IMG/VR virus record: IMGVR_UViG_3300009093_000042 | Coordinates: 1 to 64,000 of that record | DNA from: a virus | Taxonomy: Duplodnaviria > Heunggongvirae > Uroviricota > Caudoviricetes | Strand: one strand, 5' to 3' | DNA: 64,000 nt | Shown here: positions 35,031 through 43,297 of the stretch, one piece after another | Layout: the number at the start of each line of letters is the position of its first letter | Position numbering within the stretch: the first letter of the stretch is position 1 | Made by a program: the position numbers and the translations under genes | The notes under the pieces: generated by a model | Seen by the model: only the letters and a program-made list of their open reading frames with translations | The model's database searches: none | What the model was told of the DNA's origin: nothing

Positions 35031-35376
35031 TTAAGATGCCGAGGCTGGCAAGGCGAAGTTTTGTAGGCACCTGGATCACGTCGGCGATATTCGGTCCGAC
35101 CATCGGGTCCATGCCGGGATTACAGTCTGCGATGGCCCACCACAATTCAGGTGTTCCGTAAAGCTTCTGGGAAATGAGATCGAGGCGTCCCTCGCCGCCT
35201 GTCGGCACTGTAAACAAAGTGTCGCTTGGGTCGGGGACGACCACGTTACGTTTCAAGCCGAAGACAGCAACGTTTTGTTCGCTGCCATCTACTTCGGCCT
35301 GAATCTGATACGCCGGTGTTCCCGCAAACTTGCTGTACGGGACCAACTGGACGCGGATTGATGCGGCGTCTGCCAT
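35023..35376 (-). CDS. hypothetical protein (117 aa)
   Basis: Minus ORF. Confidence 0.45.
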   Translation of the reverse strand: MADAASIRVQLVPYSKFAGTPAYQIQAEVDGSEQNVAVFGLKRNVVVPDPSDTLFTVPTGGEGRLDLISQKLYGTPELWWAIADCNPGMDPMVGPNIADVIQVPTKLRLASLGILNV

Positions 35377-35410
35377 GCCCTAACTACAGACTCCGGCTTA
35401 GCCGTTTACT

Positions 35411-35917
35411 TCAGCTTGGGGAGGCTGGTGAGGTTGATGCGACCGGTGGCGGTAATTCGCCCGGTTGGTCTTCCGGTAAGGGCATAGCCGCCATTACTGC
35501 CACCTGCCGCCGCGTGACTCCCTGGCGCGCCCAGATTGCCGTGGCCAGGAGATTGTTGATGGCGATGGTCTGTTCCTTGCCTTCCGGCACTTCCTCCGCG
35601 ATGGCGAGCGCCAGTTCGCGGCAGGCGTTTTGGATTCGTTCGCATGATGCTAGGGTTTGACTGGACATCGGGGCGTTGAAAACGAAAACGTCGTTTACTT
35701 CGGCTTTGATGTCTTCCGGGGTTATGGGTGTTCGGGCGGTTTCAGTATTCATATTGGATAGAACCATTTTCAATCCGAAAAAGTTCTCCAGGTGGATGAT
35801 TTTTTCAGTTTTCGTGTCCGCGATGACCAGGTGGATGCTTTCGAAGGCTCCTTCTCCGATGGAAAGGAAGCTGGCTTCAACTGTTTCTGACAGAGGAATT
35901 TTTCCAATGAGTTTCAT
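35411..35917 (-). CDS. hypothetical protein (168 aa)
   Basis: 4-nt overlap with the terminase gene. Confidence 0.5.
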   Translation of the reverse strand: MKLIGKIPLSETVEASFLSIGEGAFESIHLVIADTKTEKIIHLENFFGLKMVLSNMNTETARTPITPEDIKAEVNDVFVFNAPMSSQTLASCERIQNACRELALAIAEEVPEGKEQTIAINNLLATAIWARQGVTRRQVAVMAAMPLPEDQPGELPPPVASTSPASPS

Positions 35918-37986
35918 GTGACTTTGAAGGTTTTGATGCGTTCGTAGCCGGGCGGCAGGTTAATTTCGACGGGCGGTTTTTCCAGGATAATAGATTCGAA
36001 CTCGCGGTTGAGATGCACGCGAGGGTTGTTCGACGCCATCATCGTCGCCTTTTCCTCAGAATTGATGGCGTTGTAATAAGAACCAGCGCAGGCGTCGGTC
36101 GTGTCTTTGCTGCCCTTGTCCGGGTGATCCACCTTTTTGTCGCCATCGAGCAGCTTTTCCGCTTCCTGCATCATGTGCCGGTGAGCGTAGGGGCGCAGGC
36201 GGTGTTCTTCAATGGCCATTCTCCAGGCGATGTACGCGTCTTTATTGCGGTCCACGCTCTGCTTGTCCACTTTGAACCCACGCGCTTCAAGCATCTGGAG
36301 CTGTTGATCGCTCTGGTATTGATCGTACGTGATCAGGCCAAAGTTGTAGCCACATTCGTCGCGCAACCAGATCAGGAAATTCTGGACCTTTTCCAGCGAT
36401 ATGGGCTTTACCTGACCGGCGATGACCGTGAGGATGAAATCGTATTCCACGATCAGTCGATACTCGGAATAGGGCATCACGTCGCCGGGCCGGATGGTGT
36501 TCTCGATGAGCTGCGTCCCTACCAGATGAGAGATGGCGATACCGGCCATGCTGGTGGTCGCCAAGTCGATGTGTGCGTAGCGAAGCTGGCCGGGGTGGCG
36601 CTTGGGCATCGTCTGGGAGGCGATGCGGTGGCAGAAGGCGCGGTGCTCCAGGTAATGCCAGAGCTGCTTGGTGTCCTCGGTCGAGAGCGGTAGGAGTTCC
36701 ATTCCGTTTTCGCCCTTTTCCACTGGGTTTACGACGCCGTCCTTTTCGGCCAACTCCACGCACATTTCAAAATCGACCATGGACGCAAACCAGCGGTTGG
36801 TGCCTCCGGTTGAGATTCCGCACACATCCCGCAAGGCGTTTAGCGGTCGTCGCTTGAACTCATCCAGGTACATGACTGGCACCAATTCAACAGACGCGCC
36901 ACGCGGCGGGTCTTCCCACGGGCCTTCACCGATCTGTTTGGCATCCTCGTTGTAGTATCCCTTGAGGATCATCGGGATCATGTTCTTGAGGCCGTAGCTG
37001 ACCTTGAACCATTTCGGACCAAGCTGAAGGGTGTGCCGCTTAATTTTGTAAACAGAATTGCGATAGACCTTCTGGCAAGAGGGATCGTTCGCTTTGTTGA
37101 TTTCGGTGATGACGGTTTCCGTGAAGGAGGACTCGTCCTTCGCCGACGATGCCAGGATCGAGATCGCGGGCAGGTAACCGGCGACCTTACGAAAGCGGTT
37201 ATTGATACGATTGCGGACTTCGTTGAAAAGCTCGTATGCCTTGTTGTCCGGCTCCGCTTCCAAGCGCCAGTTACCTTCGTCCAGTCCGACGCCGATGATG
37301 TTACGACCGAGCAAGTGCTGGCCCCGCGAACCTGCGGTCAAGATGATAGACCCTTTCAGCGGGATGCGAAATCCGCTGTACTGCGAATCAGGGTTGTACT
37401 TGCACTGTTCCAGAAAGTACGGCGAGTTGGCCATGAAATTCATGGCATCACCAAATGCTGTTTCAGTCACGGCGGCCTTCGTGACAGACAGAAGGTTGAA
37501 AATGATCTTGGTGCCTTTGGTGAGGCCGAAGAAATTGTGCGGGTTGCGCAGCAGCGTGGCGATCAGCACCCGGTAAAGGAGGATGGTCACCATGATGAAC
37601 GTTTTGCCGATACCCAGTGATCCAGTGATGACGCAGTTGTGGATGGCACTGTCGTAATTGAAATCGCGGCAAAGGATTTCTTTCCAGGCCGGGAACATGC
37701 CTTCGCTGTCCTGGCTCTTGGTCATCAGGCTCCCGAGATAGTACGGGTCGTCGAGGAACTGCTGCATGGTGGGAGGAATCTCAGTGTAGTCCACCATCTT
37801 GAGCTGGTCATTGATCTCCGACTTGCCGGACGCCCGATACTGATTGAGCATGTCTTCCCACACCTGACGTGCGTACGGCGACAATGACGAAAGCATCGGG
37901 TCAATGTTTTCCCCCTCAAGTCCGCGAGAGAGAATATCTTCCAACGTTTCCGTCAACGTTTTTTTGTTTACATTTACTTCAGGCAT
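35914..37986 (-). CDS. terL: terminase large subunit
   Basis: Walker A GSLGIGKT and Walker B IIGVGLDEGNW in the N-terminal half. RNaseH-like nuclease half (YAHIDLATTSMAGIA ... YDFILTV). 690 aa. Confidence 0.65.
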   Translation of the reverse strand: MPEVNVNKKTLTETLEDILSRGLEGENIDPMLSSLSPYARQVWEDMLNQYRASGKSEINDQLKMVDYTEIPPTMQQFLDDPYYLGSLMTKSQDSEGMFPAWKEILCRDFNYDSAIHNCVITGSLGIGKTFIMVTILLYRVLIATLLRNPHNFFGLTKGTKIIFNLLSVTKAAVTETAFGDAMNFMANSPYFLEQCKYNPDSQYSGFRIPLKGSIILTAGSRGQHLLGRNIIGVGLDEGNWRLEAEPDNKAYELFNEVRNRINNRFRKVAGYLPAISILASSAKDESSFTETVITEINKANDPSCQKVYRNSVYKIKRHTLQLGPKWFKVSYGLKNMIPMILKGYYNEDAKQIGEGPWEDPPRGASVELVPVMYLDEFKRRPLNALRDVCGISTGGTNRWFASMVDFEMCVELAEKDGVVNPVEKGENGMELLPLSTEDTKQLWHYLEHRAFCHRIASQTMPKRHPGQLRYAHIDLATTSMAGIAISHLVGTQLIENTIRPGDVMPYSEYRLIVEYDFILTVIAGQVKPISLEKVQNFLIWLRDECGYNFGLITYDQYQSDQQLQMLEARGFKVDKQSVDRNKDAYIAWRMAIEEHRLRPYAHRHMMQEAEKLLDGDKKVDHPDKGSKDTTDACAGSYYNAINSEEKATMMASNNPRVHLNREFESIILEKPPVEINLPPGYERIKTFKVT

Positions 37987-38028
37987 TTCCTCTAAAAAGA
38001 ACCGGTACCGCTGTGTTCTTAGTTAGGA

Positions 38029-38592
38029 ATGTATCGCTGGAAGAAACGAACACGGGTAGCGCCCAAGGCACGAAGCAAGGAAGAAAAGTGCATCAGTCCG
38101 CGCTGCCGTAATCGTAAGGCGGAGAAGTACACCTACTATAAAAGTCCCCGAACCGGCCTGGTCATAAAGTACGTCAACTACCTCAGCCACTGCTGGAAAT
38201 GCCGGGCCAGGATGCTCAAAGCGCGGCAGCCTGCCACGTACGTTCTCAACGCTGTTCGCCAGCGCGCCAAGGCACGCAAACTTCCGTTTACAATCACGCT
38301 TGAGGAGTTCAAAAAGTGGTGCGAAGACACCGGTTATTTGGAGAAGCGCGGGCGTGACCCGGACAGTTACACCATCGACCGGATCGACCACGACAAGGGT
38401 TACCACATCTGGAACATCCAGATCAAAACGTTTCTGGAAAACTGCACCAGCGGCCACACGGTGCCTGGGCGTGAAACCATGCAGAATGAGCGCAAGCCTG
38501 AGTCGTTCGATTATGATTTCAACGGACCCGCACCGGCAGATAGTTCGGAGCCAGAGTCTGTCGCTCCAGTAGAAGAAGGCGATCCGTTTTAA
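38029..38592 (+). CDS. HNH endonuclease with N-terminal Cys cluster
   Basis: DRIDHDKGYHIWNIQI..ENCTSGH His-Asn-His motif. CISPRC...CWKC zinc finger. Divergent from terL. Confidence 0.55.
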   Translation: MYRWKKRTRVAPKARSKEEKCISPRCRNRKAEKYTYYKSPRTGLVIKYVNYLSHCWKCRARMLKARQPATYVLNAVRQRAKARKLPFTITLEEFKKWCEDTGYLEKRGRDPDSYTIDRIDHDKGYHIWNIQIKTFLENCTSGHTVPGRETMQNERKPESFDYDFNGPAPADSSEPESVAPVEEGDPF

Positions 38593-39032
38593 GTGAGACT
38601 TTTCCAGCGCCCGGCGCGCCAGCAGGGAATTCTCCGGTCGAACCGAGCGTGAAGGTGAGGAAGCGTTTCAATCCGGCTCAGCGCTCGATTGTGCCTTTCC
38701 TGACAGGCTTCTTTTCCTTCCCGTGTCGGCTGAGCGTTGATCTCGCGCAGGAACGCTTTCTCACTGGGCGTCAGGAGCCTTCCGTAAGTGCGCGCCAAAG
38801 TGTAGGCGCAGTGGCGTTTGGCCTGGCGAAAATAGTTGGTGCTACAGTTGGTGAAATAGGGGTAGTTGTTATCGAATCCGGTCGTGGTGCCTGGACGATA
38901 ATTCGCGTAGCCGATGACTCCCATAGTGGACTGGGACATCGCTGCCGCAACAACAGCGGTGCTGTCGTCGTGACCATAGTCGTACCCAACGACGAGGATG
39001 TTCGGTCCTTTAACTTGGCGGGATGGTACCAT
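38589..39032 (-). CDS. hypothetical protein (147 aa)
   Basis: Convergent 4-nt overlap with the HNH gene. Confidence 0.35.
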   Translation of the reverse strand: MVPSRQVKGPNILVVGYDYGHDDSTAVVAAAMSQSTMGVIGYANYRPGTTTGFDNNYPYFTNCSTNYFRQAKRHCAYTLARTYGRLLTPSEKAFLREINAQPTREGKEACQERHNRALSRIETLPHLHARFDRRIPCWRAGRWKSLT

Positions 39033-40071
39033 CGGGTGCCTGCACGATTTCCACCGTCTCGGTGGTGGTCTTGGTTATCCTGGCAGCCAGGGCGCGCTCC
39101 ATCTTGAATCCTAGTTTGCGAAGAATTTCACGTTCCTGCGGCGTGGCAAGATCGAATTTACGCTGAAGCTCTTTCTGTTGGAGCTGCGTCGGCACGTTGA
39201 TCTTCGAGACCAAATCCAGCGGATCACGTCCAGAAGATGGCTCGCCTTTGGCCTGCTTGCGTTCAATGCGACCGAAAATTCTTTCGAGCTGACTGTTGAA
39301 ATATCCGGTGAGCGCCATGCCTTCGATAATGTTCAAGTCCGACCGGCGCATACACCCGTGCCAGAAGTCTTCCATCTTCGAGCGGGATTTTAGAATCTCG
39401 TTGGCGCGCTCGCGGTCCACAGAGTCATGCAGGCGCATCAGCAGCTCGTTGTGCTCGTCACCGCTCATGATGTGAACAGCGATCTGGTTGGCCAGCGAAG
39501 TCACGTCTTCACCGTTTTTAATGCCCTGCTCGATCTTGTCGATCATGGCGACGGCACCGCTGCTCGTGTCCGGCATGGGGCCTTCCATGTCGTGAAGCTG
39601 GCGCAGCATCACCGTGGCGACGGCGGGGTTGGCAGACGAAAGCGCAGTCAGGACATCGACCGGCTGAAAAACGGGAGGTATTCCGTCAATCTTTTCGGCT
39701 TCATCTGGCAACGGAAGATGCTGTCTTTTTCGCGCTTCATTTCTGGGCGGAACATTGATTTCCTCAGCTTTAGCGGTCTTTTCGGCGGTTCTTCCTGGTT
39801 TCGTTTCCGTTTCATTTCCACCTGGTTTTCCAACCAGCTCTTTGACCTTGGTAGGGAGAGAGGAAGAAGGAACTTGCACCAGGGGCTTCAAGTCCGCTTT
39901 CTTCTTGCGCGGAAATGGCCCTATCTTCGGCTCGGGGATTGCCCTTAACGCCATCTTATCCAAGGAGATTCTGGACAACCTTGGGTTCCGGCTGACTGGC
40001 CTGACCCTCTTGTACGGGGCGCGCCTGCTTGGCTTTGTCAGCCTCGGCTTGCGCACCGGCCTGCGTTTCAT
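39010..40071 (-). CDS. basic hypothetical protein (353 aa); small-terminase role possible by position only
   Basis: Lys/Arg-rich N-terminus. Lies upstream of terL in the transcription direction. No diagnostic motif. Confidence 0.45.
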   Translation of the reverse strand: MKRRPVRKPRLTKPSRRAPYKRVRPVSRNPRLSRISLDKMALRAIPEPKIGPFPRKKKADLKPLVQVPSSSLPTKVKELVGKPGGNETETKPGRTAEKTAKAEEINVPPRNEARKRQHLPLPDEAEKIDGIPPVFQPVDVLTALSSANPAVATVMLRQLHDMEGPMPDTSSGAVAMIDKIEQGIKNGEDVTSLANQIAVHIMSGDEHNELLMRLHDSVDRERANEILKSRSKMEDFWHGCMRRSDLNIIEGMALTGYFNSQLERIFGRIERKQAKGEPSSGRDPLDLVSKINVPTQLQQKELQRKFDLATPQEREILRKLGFKMERALAARITKTTTETVEIVQAPDGTIPPS

Positions 40072-40164
40072 GCAGGTTGCTGGACACCCGCTGGTTGCCC
40101 TGAACCGCTACGAATTTTCCATCTTCAGGATGTTTCATAAACACTAGAACTGAATTTAACTGAT

Positions 40165-40896
40165 TTAACTATCCACGTCGAGAGCATCGGTCAACACGGC
40201 CTGGATGATGGCGTCAATATCCTCCTGTACGTCGCCTTGGCGCTTCAGCTCGTTGAAACGGTCCCAGTACTCTGAAGAATACGCTTCGCGCTTTTTATCA
40301 TCGAAACGGTCGCGAAGATATTGCGCGGCTTCTTCCTTCGTGCGGTGTCTGCCTGCTCGGTCGGAATGCGCAGGCATGGTCACCCATGGAAACTCGATTG
40401 ATAGCGTTCTCAGCGTCGTGGAGCTGGTCTTCGTGTTAGGAACGTCTTTGTAGATGGAGCCAAGAAACCGGCCATCCAGATCGACGTGGTAGTAGTCGGC
40501 CATCCCGTGCCCCTTTTGAAGCACCACGTTAGGCTCCAGGTCTTTGAAATCGGAATCGTCATCCATCTCACGCAGTATGGGACGGCGACGGCGTTTAGTG
40601 GTGCGCCTCAAAATAGCCATTTCCTCCGGGCTGAGACGCTGTTCCTGAATAGATTCGGCCTGTGAGCGCATCTGCGCATCCCATGGAACTTTTGATACAC
40701 CGTCAGGATCGCGGCGCTGCATCAAGGCGCGAAGTTTCTCATGACGCTTTTTAAGACGCTCGTTGTACTTGTAATCGGGCACTCCCACAGTCGTCCCGGT
40801 GTCACCGACCGCCCGGCCTGGCGCGCTCGGTTCACCGTTGGTGCCGTCCGAGAAATCCGACGTGCAGTTCGAAAGATATTCTTCGAGACGTTTCAT
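40165..40896 (-). CDS. hypothetical protein (243 aa)
   Basis: Minus ORF. Confidence 0.5.
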   Translation of the reverse strand: MKRLEEYLSNCTSDFSDGTNGEPSAPGRAVGDTGTTVGVPDYKYNERLKKRHEKLRALMQRRDPDGVSKVPWDAQMRSQAESIQEQRLSPEEMAILRRTTKRRRRPILREMDDDSDFKDLEPNVVLQKGHGMADYYHVDLDGRFLGSIYKDVPNTKTSSTTLRTLSIEFPWVTMPAHSDRAGRHRTKEEAAQYLRDRFDDKKREAYSSEYWDRFNELKRQGDVQEDIDAIIQAVLTDALDVDS

Positions 40897-41591
40897 GGCG
40901 TCAGCCTGGTGGGAGGAATGGGCACTGGGTGATCGGTTGGGATGGGAATCTGAGGAATCACTGGCGAGGGTGAAGGCGTAACCACCGGCGCGGTCGTCAT
41001 CAGCTCGTTGATATTGTCGATCATCCCGCGCACGGTCTGAAGTTTACCCTGCATCTGCTGCGTCAATACCTGACCATTGGATGCTACGTAACCGCGTCGG
41101 AACAAGTCCAGTTGCTGTTGAAAGTTGGTGCCGAGCACAACGCCCACCGTGCTGGAACACGCCTGCTCCAGGCATTGCACGAATTCATTTCCGGTGTTGA
41201 GAATGTCGTTCACACTGGCCTGCACTTTGTTCATTTGCGCCTGGAGCGCGCCGAGACGAATGAACGGGTGCAGATTGAGTTTTTGAATCAGCCTGGCGTA
41301 CGCCGATGAAACCATCGCCTGAAGTTCTGCCGTGCTGGTGTTGCTCGGAGTCTTGGGAAGATTCAAAAAGGGACATGCGTTTACCAGATCGGTGTAAACG
41401 TCCAGATTGATGGCGTATAGCGGGATCAATGCCGATGGGTTGATACCTTCCAGTAGCGCGCTCACGTCGCCAAGCTGCTCCAGGAGTTCAGCCAGTCTTT
41501 GGAGAGCGTTGAACTTGCGGTTGACCGCTGTCACCGCATTCTGGTAATCGGCGGCCAAAACACCGGTCACATCACATGCGCTGGCGCTCAT
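40893..41591 (-). CDS. hypothetical protein (232 aa)
   Basis: The promoter motif occupies the entire 13-nt gap before its ATG. Confidence 0.5.
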   Translation of the reverse strand: MSASACDVTGVLAADYQNAVTAVNRKFNALQRLAELLEQLGDVSALLEGINPSALIPLYAINLDVYTDLVNACPFLNLPKTPSNTSTAELQAMVSSAYARLIQKLNLHPFIRLGALQAQMNKVQASVNDILNTGNEFVQCLEQACSSTVGVVLGTNFQQQLDLFRRGYVASNGQVLTQQMQGKLQTVRGMIDNINELMTTAPVVTPSPSPVIPQIPIPTDHPVPIPPTRLTP

Positions 41592-41604
41592 AAATGTTTA
41601 CAAA
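41592..41604 (-). promoter_or_regulatory. promoter-like motif filling the 13-nt gap between stop and start
   Basis: Minus strand TAA-TTTGTAAACATTT-ATG. Confidence 0.4.
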
Positions 41605-41916
41605 TTATTTCCACCGACCGGGGTTTTCGCTCGCCATTTGGTCGATCTGGGCGACTACCGCAACTGGGTCAGCCGTCAGGCCGTACTTCGTCAGGTACTG
41701 TTGAACCATGGCAACCACGTCGCGTTTTCCTCGGACAACTGACCAGTTATTCACCCAGTCGAAGCGACCGATCTCATTTTCCACGAAATCAGCCGCAATA
41801 TCTGCGACATCTTCGGTATCATCCAGAACGACTTCCACGATCAGGGCAGCCGCTTTTTGAAGGCCGGGATCATTCACGGCTTCCTCAATTCGGGACCTTT
41901 TTTCGTTCTGTTCCAT
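41605..41916 (-). CDS. hypothetical acidic protein (trimmed to avoid the plus-strand lipoprotein gene)
   Basis: Starts at internal ATG MEQNEKRS. The longer ORF would overlap the signal-peptide gene on the plus strand. Confidence 0.4.
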   Translation of the reverse strand: MEQNEKRSRIEEAVNDPGLQKAAALIVEVVLDDTEDVADIAADFVENEIGRFDWVNNWSVVRGKRDVVAMVQQYLTKYGLTADPVAVVAQIDQMASENPGRWK

Positions 41917-41947
41917 CGTAGATAGATACTGAACAGCAAAACAACCT

Positions 41948-42550
41948 ATGAAAAACATCAAAAAGTTCACGACATGGGTCACTGCCGGTCTTTTGGCCGT
42001 CTCGACCCCTCTTATCATCGCCCTTTGCGTCAGCGCGCCTGTTGCCTTTACCGGCTGCGGAGCACTCTCTGGCGGGGGAACCGGCACAAATAACCAGGCT
42101 CAAATCGACGCCACGGCGTTGATCCTGCAAAACAGCGCACGCGTCGGGGCTATTGCCGCCATCACGCCTCCGACCGGCGATACCAACAACGCTGCTTATT
42201 TCAAGCTGGCGTCTCAATCCATCGGCGCGTTCCTGACCGGCACGAACTACAGCCCGGCTGCGTTCCAGCAGGCGCTCCTTCAGATCAATGTGCCGCAGGC
42301 CAAGAACGTCTGGGTACAGCTCGGCATTGGCGCTGTGATCGACCTTTACCAGGTCTATTTCTCACAGTATGTCCAGGGCCAGCTCAACGGCAACATGGCG
42401 GCAGGAACGTTCCTACTCGCGGTCCAGAATGGGTTTAACCAGGCCCTCGGACAGCCGGTCGCTCCGACGCCGCCTGAATTCGCCCACCAGAATCTTCAAC
42501 TGGGACACGGAGTTAGTTCGTCAGTGCTGCCACGGCCTCTGAAGAAGTAG
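41948..42550 (+). CDS. putative lipoprotein (plus strand)
   Basis: N-terminus MKNIKKFTTWVTAGLLAVSTPLIIALCVSAPVAFTGCG, a signal peptide with a lipobox. Confidence 0.5.
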   Translation: MKNIKKFTTWVTAGLLAVSTPLIIALCVSAPVAFTGCGALSGGGTGTNNQAQIDATALILQNSARVGAIAAITPPTGDTNNAAYFKLASQSIGAFLTGTNYSPAAFQQALLQINVPQAKNVWVQLGIGAVIDLYQVYFSQYVQGQLNGNMAAGTFLLAVQNGFNQALGQPVAPTPPEFAHQNLQLGHGVSSSVLPRPLKK

Positions 42551-42578
42551 TTAGTCTGCCCAAACCGGGCTAACAACT

Positions 42579-43016
42579 ATGAAAACATTCAGAAAAATCG
42601 CGGTAATCGTGCTGGTCGCTGCGGCCTTTGTGTCCTTGTCCCTCGTGGCCATGGCTCAAGCCACCAATGCTCCGGCTGGTAATACCGGTGGTTCGACGGC
42701 CCCGATCACTGATCCGACGCCTTTGTGGAACGCGCTCATCGCAGTCCTGGTGCCGGTCGCGGTCTGGGGGATTAAGAAGATCGTGCCCAGGATTCCGCCT
42801 GTGCTGCTGCCTATTGGGGCTACGGCGCTCGGTGTTCTGTCCAACTATCTTTTGACGCTGGCACACGCGTTGCCTCACACGTCATTGATGCTTGGCGCGC
42901 TCGCGGGTGCAGCAGGTGTCGGTGTTCGTGAAATCACGGACCAGGTGAAGCAAGTGACGGCAGGGCCTACCCCGCCTCCGATGCCACCGACTCCTCCGAC
43001 TCCTCCTGCATCGTAA
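42579..43016 (+). CDS. multi-TM membrane protein (holin-like or superinfection-exclusion candidate) with Pro-rich tail
   Basis: Three or four hydrophobic helices. Followed by a strong intrinsic terminator. Confidence 0.5.
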   Translation: MKTFRKIAVIVLVAAAFVSLSLVAMAQATNAPAGNTGGSTAPITDPTPLWNALIAVLVPVAVWGIKKIVPRIPPVLLPIGATALGVLSNYLLTLAHALPHTSLMLGALAGAAGVGVREITDQVKQVTAGPTPPPMPPTPPTPPAS

Positions 43017-43042
43017 TGAATTGCGGTATCGGTTCGGTAGAA

Positions 43043-43075
43043 GCGCCGGGGTGACTCCCCGGCGCTTTCTTTTAT
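43043..43075 (+). terminator. rho-independent terminator after plus-strand membrane-protein gene
   Basis: GCGCCGGGG-tgac-TCCCCGGCGC followed by TTTCTTTTAT. Confidence 0.7.
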
Positions 43076-43297
43076 ATGCTTCCTAAAAAGGTTTTTGACG
43101 AACGGATGCAGAAGTGTCTCGGCTGCTCCGAGTGGAATAAAACCTATGCCGTGTGTCTGCGTGGCCACAAAGGAAACAGCCCCACAGGGTGCCCGCTTAA
43201 GAGATTTCCTCCGATCTTCAATGCGGCGTATGACGCTGATGCTGGAAGGGTTCTCTTTCTTCGTGACCTTCCCGCGTGCGACGGATGTGGAAAATGA
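43076..43297 (+). CDS. Cys-rich small protein
   Basis: CLGCSEW...CLRGH...CPLK...CDGCGK pattern. Confidence 0.3.
   Translation: MLPKKVFDERMQKCLGCSEWNKTYAVCLRGHKGNSPTGCPLKRFPPIFNAAYDADAGRVLFLRDLPACDGCGK

Noticed and set aside
37040-37060. GTAAACAGA(A)TT motif copies inside terL (about 37045) and the helicase (about 57310).
   Set aside because: Both encode Ser-Val-Tyr-(Glu/Lys)-Ile (SVYKI and SVYEI) in frame and lack the AT-rich flanks. They are probably coding coincidences, not promoters.
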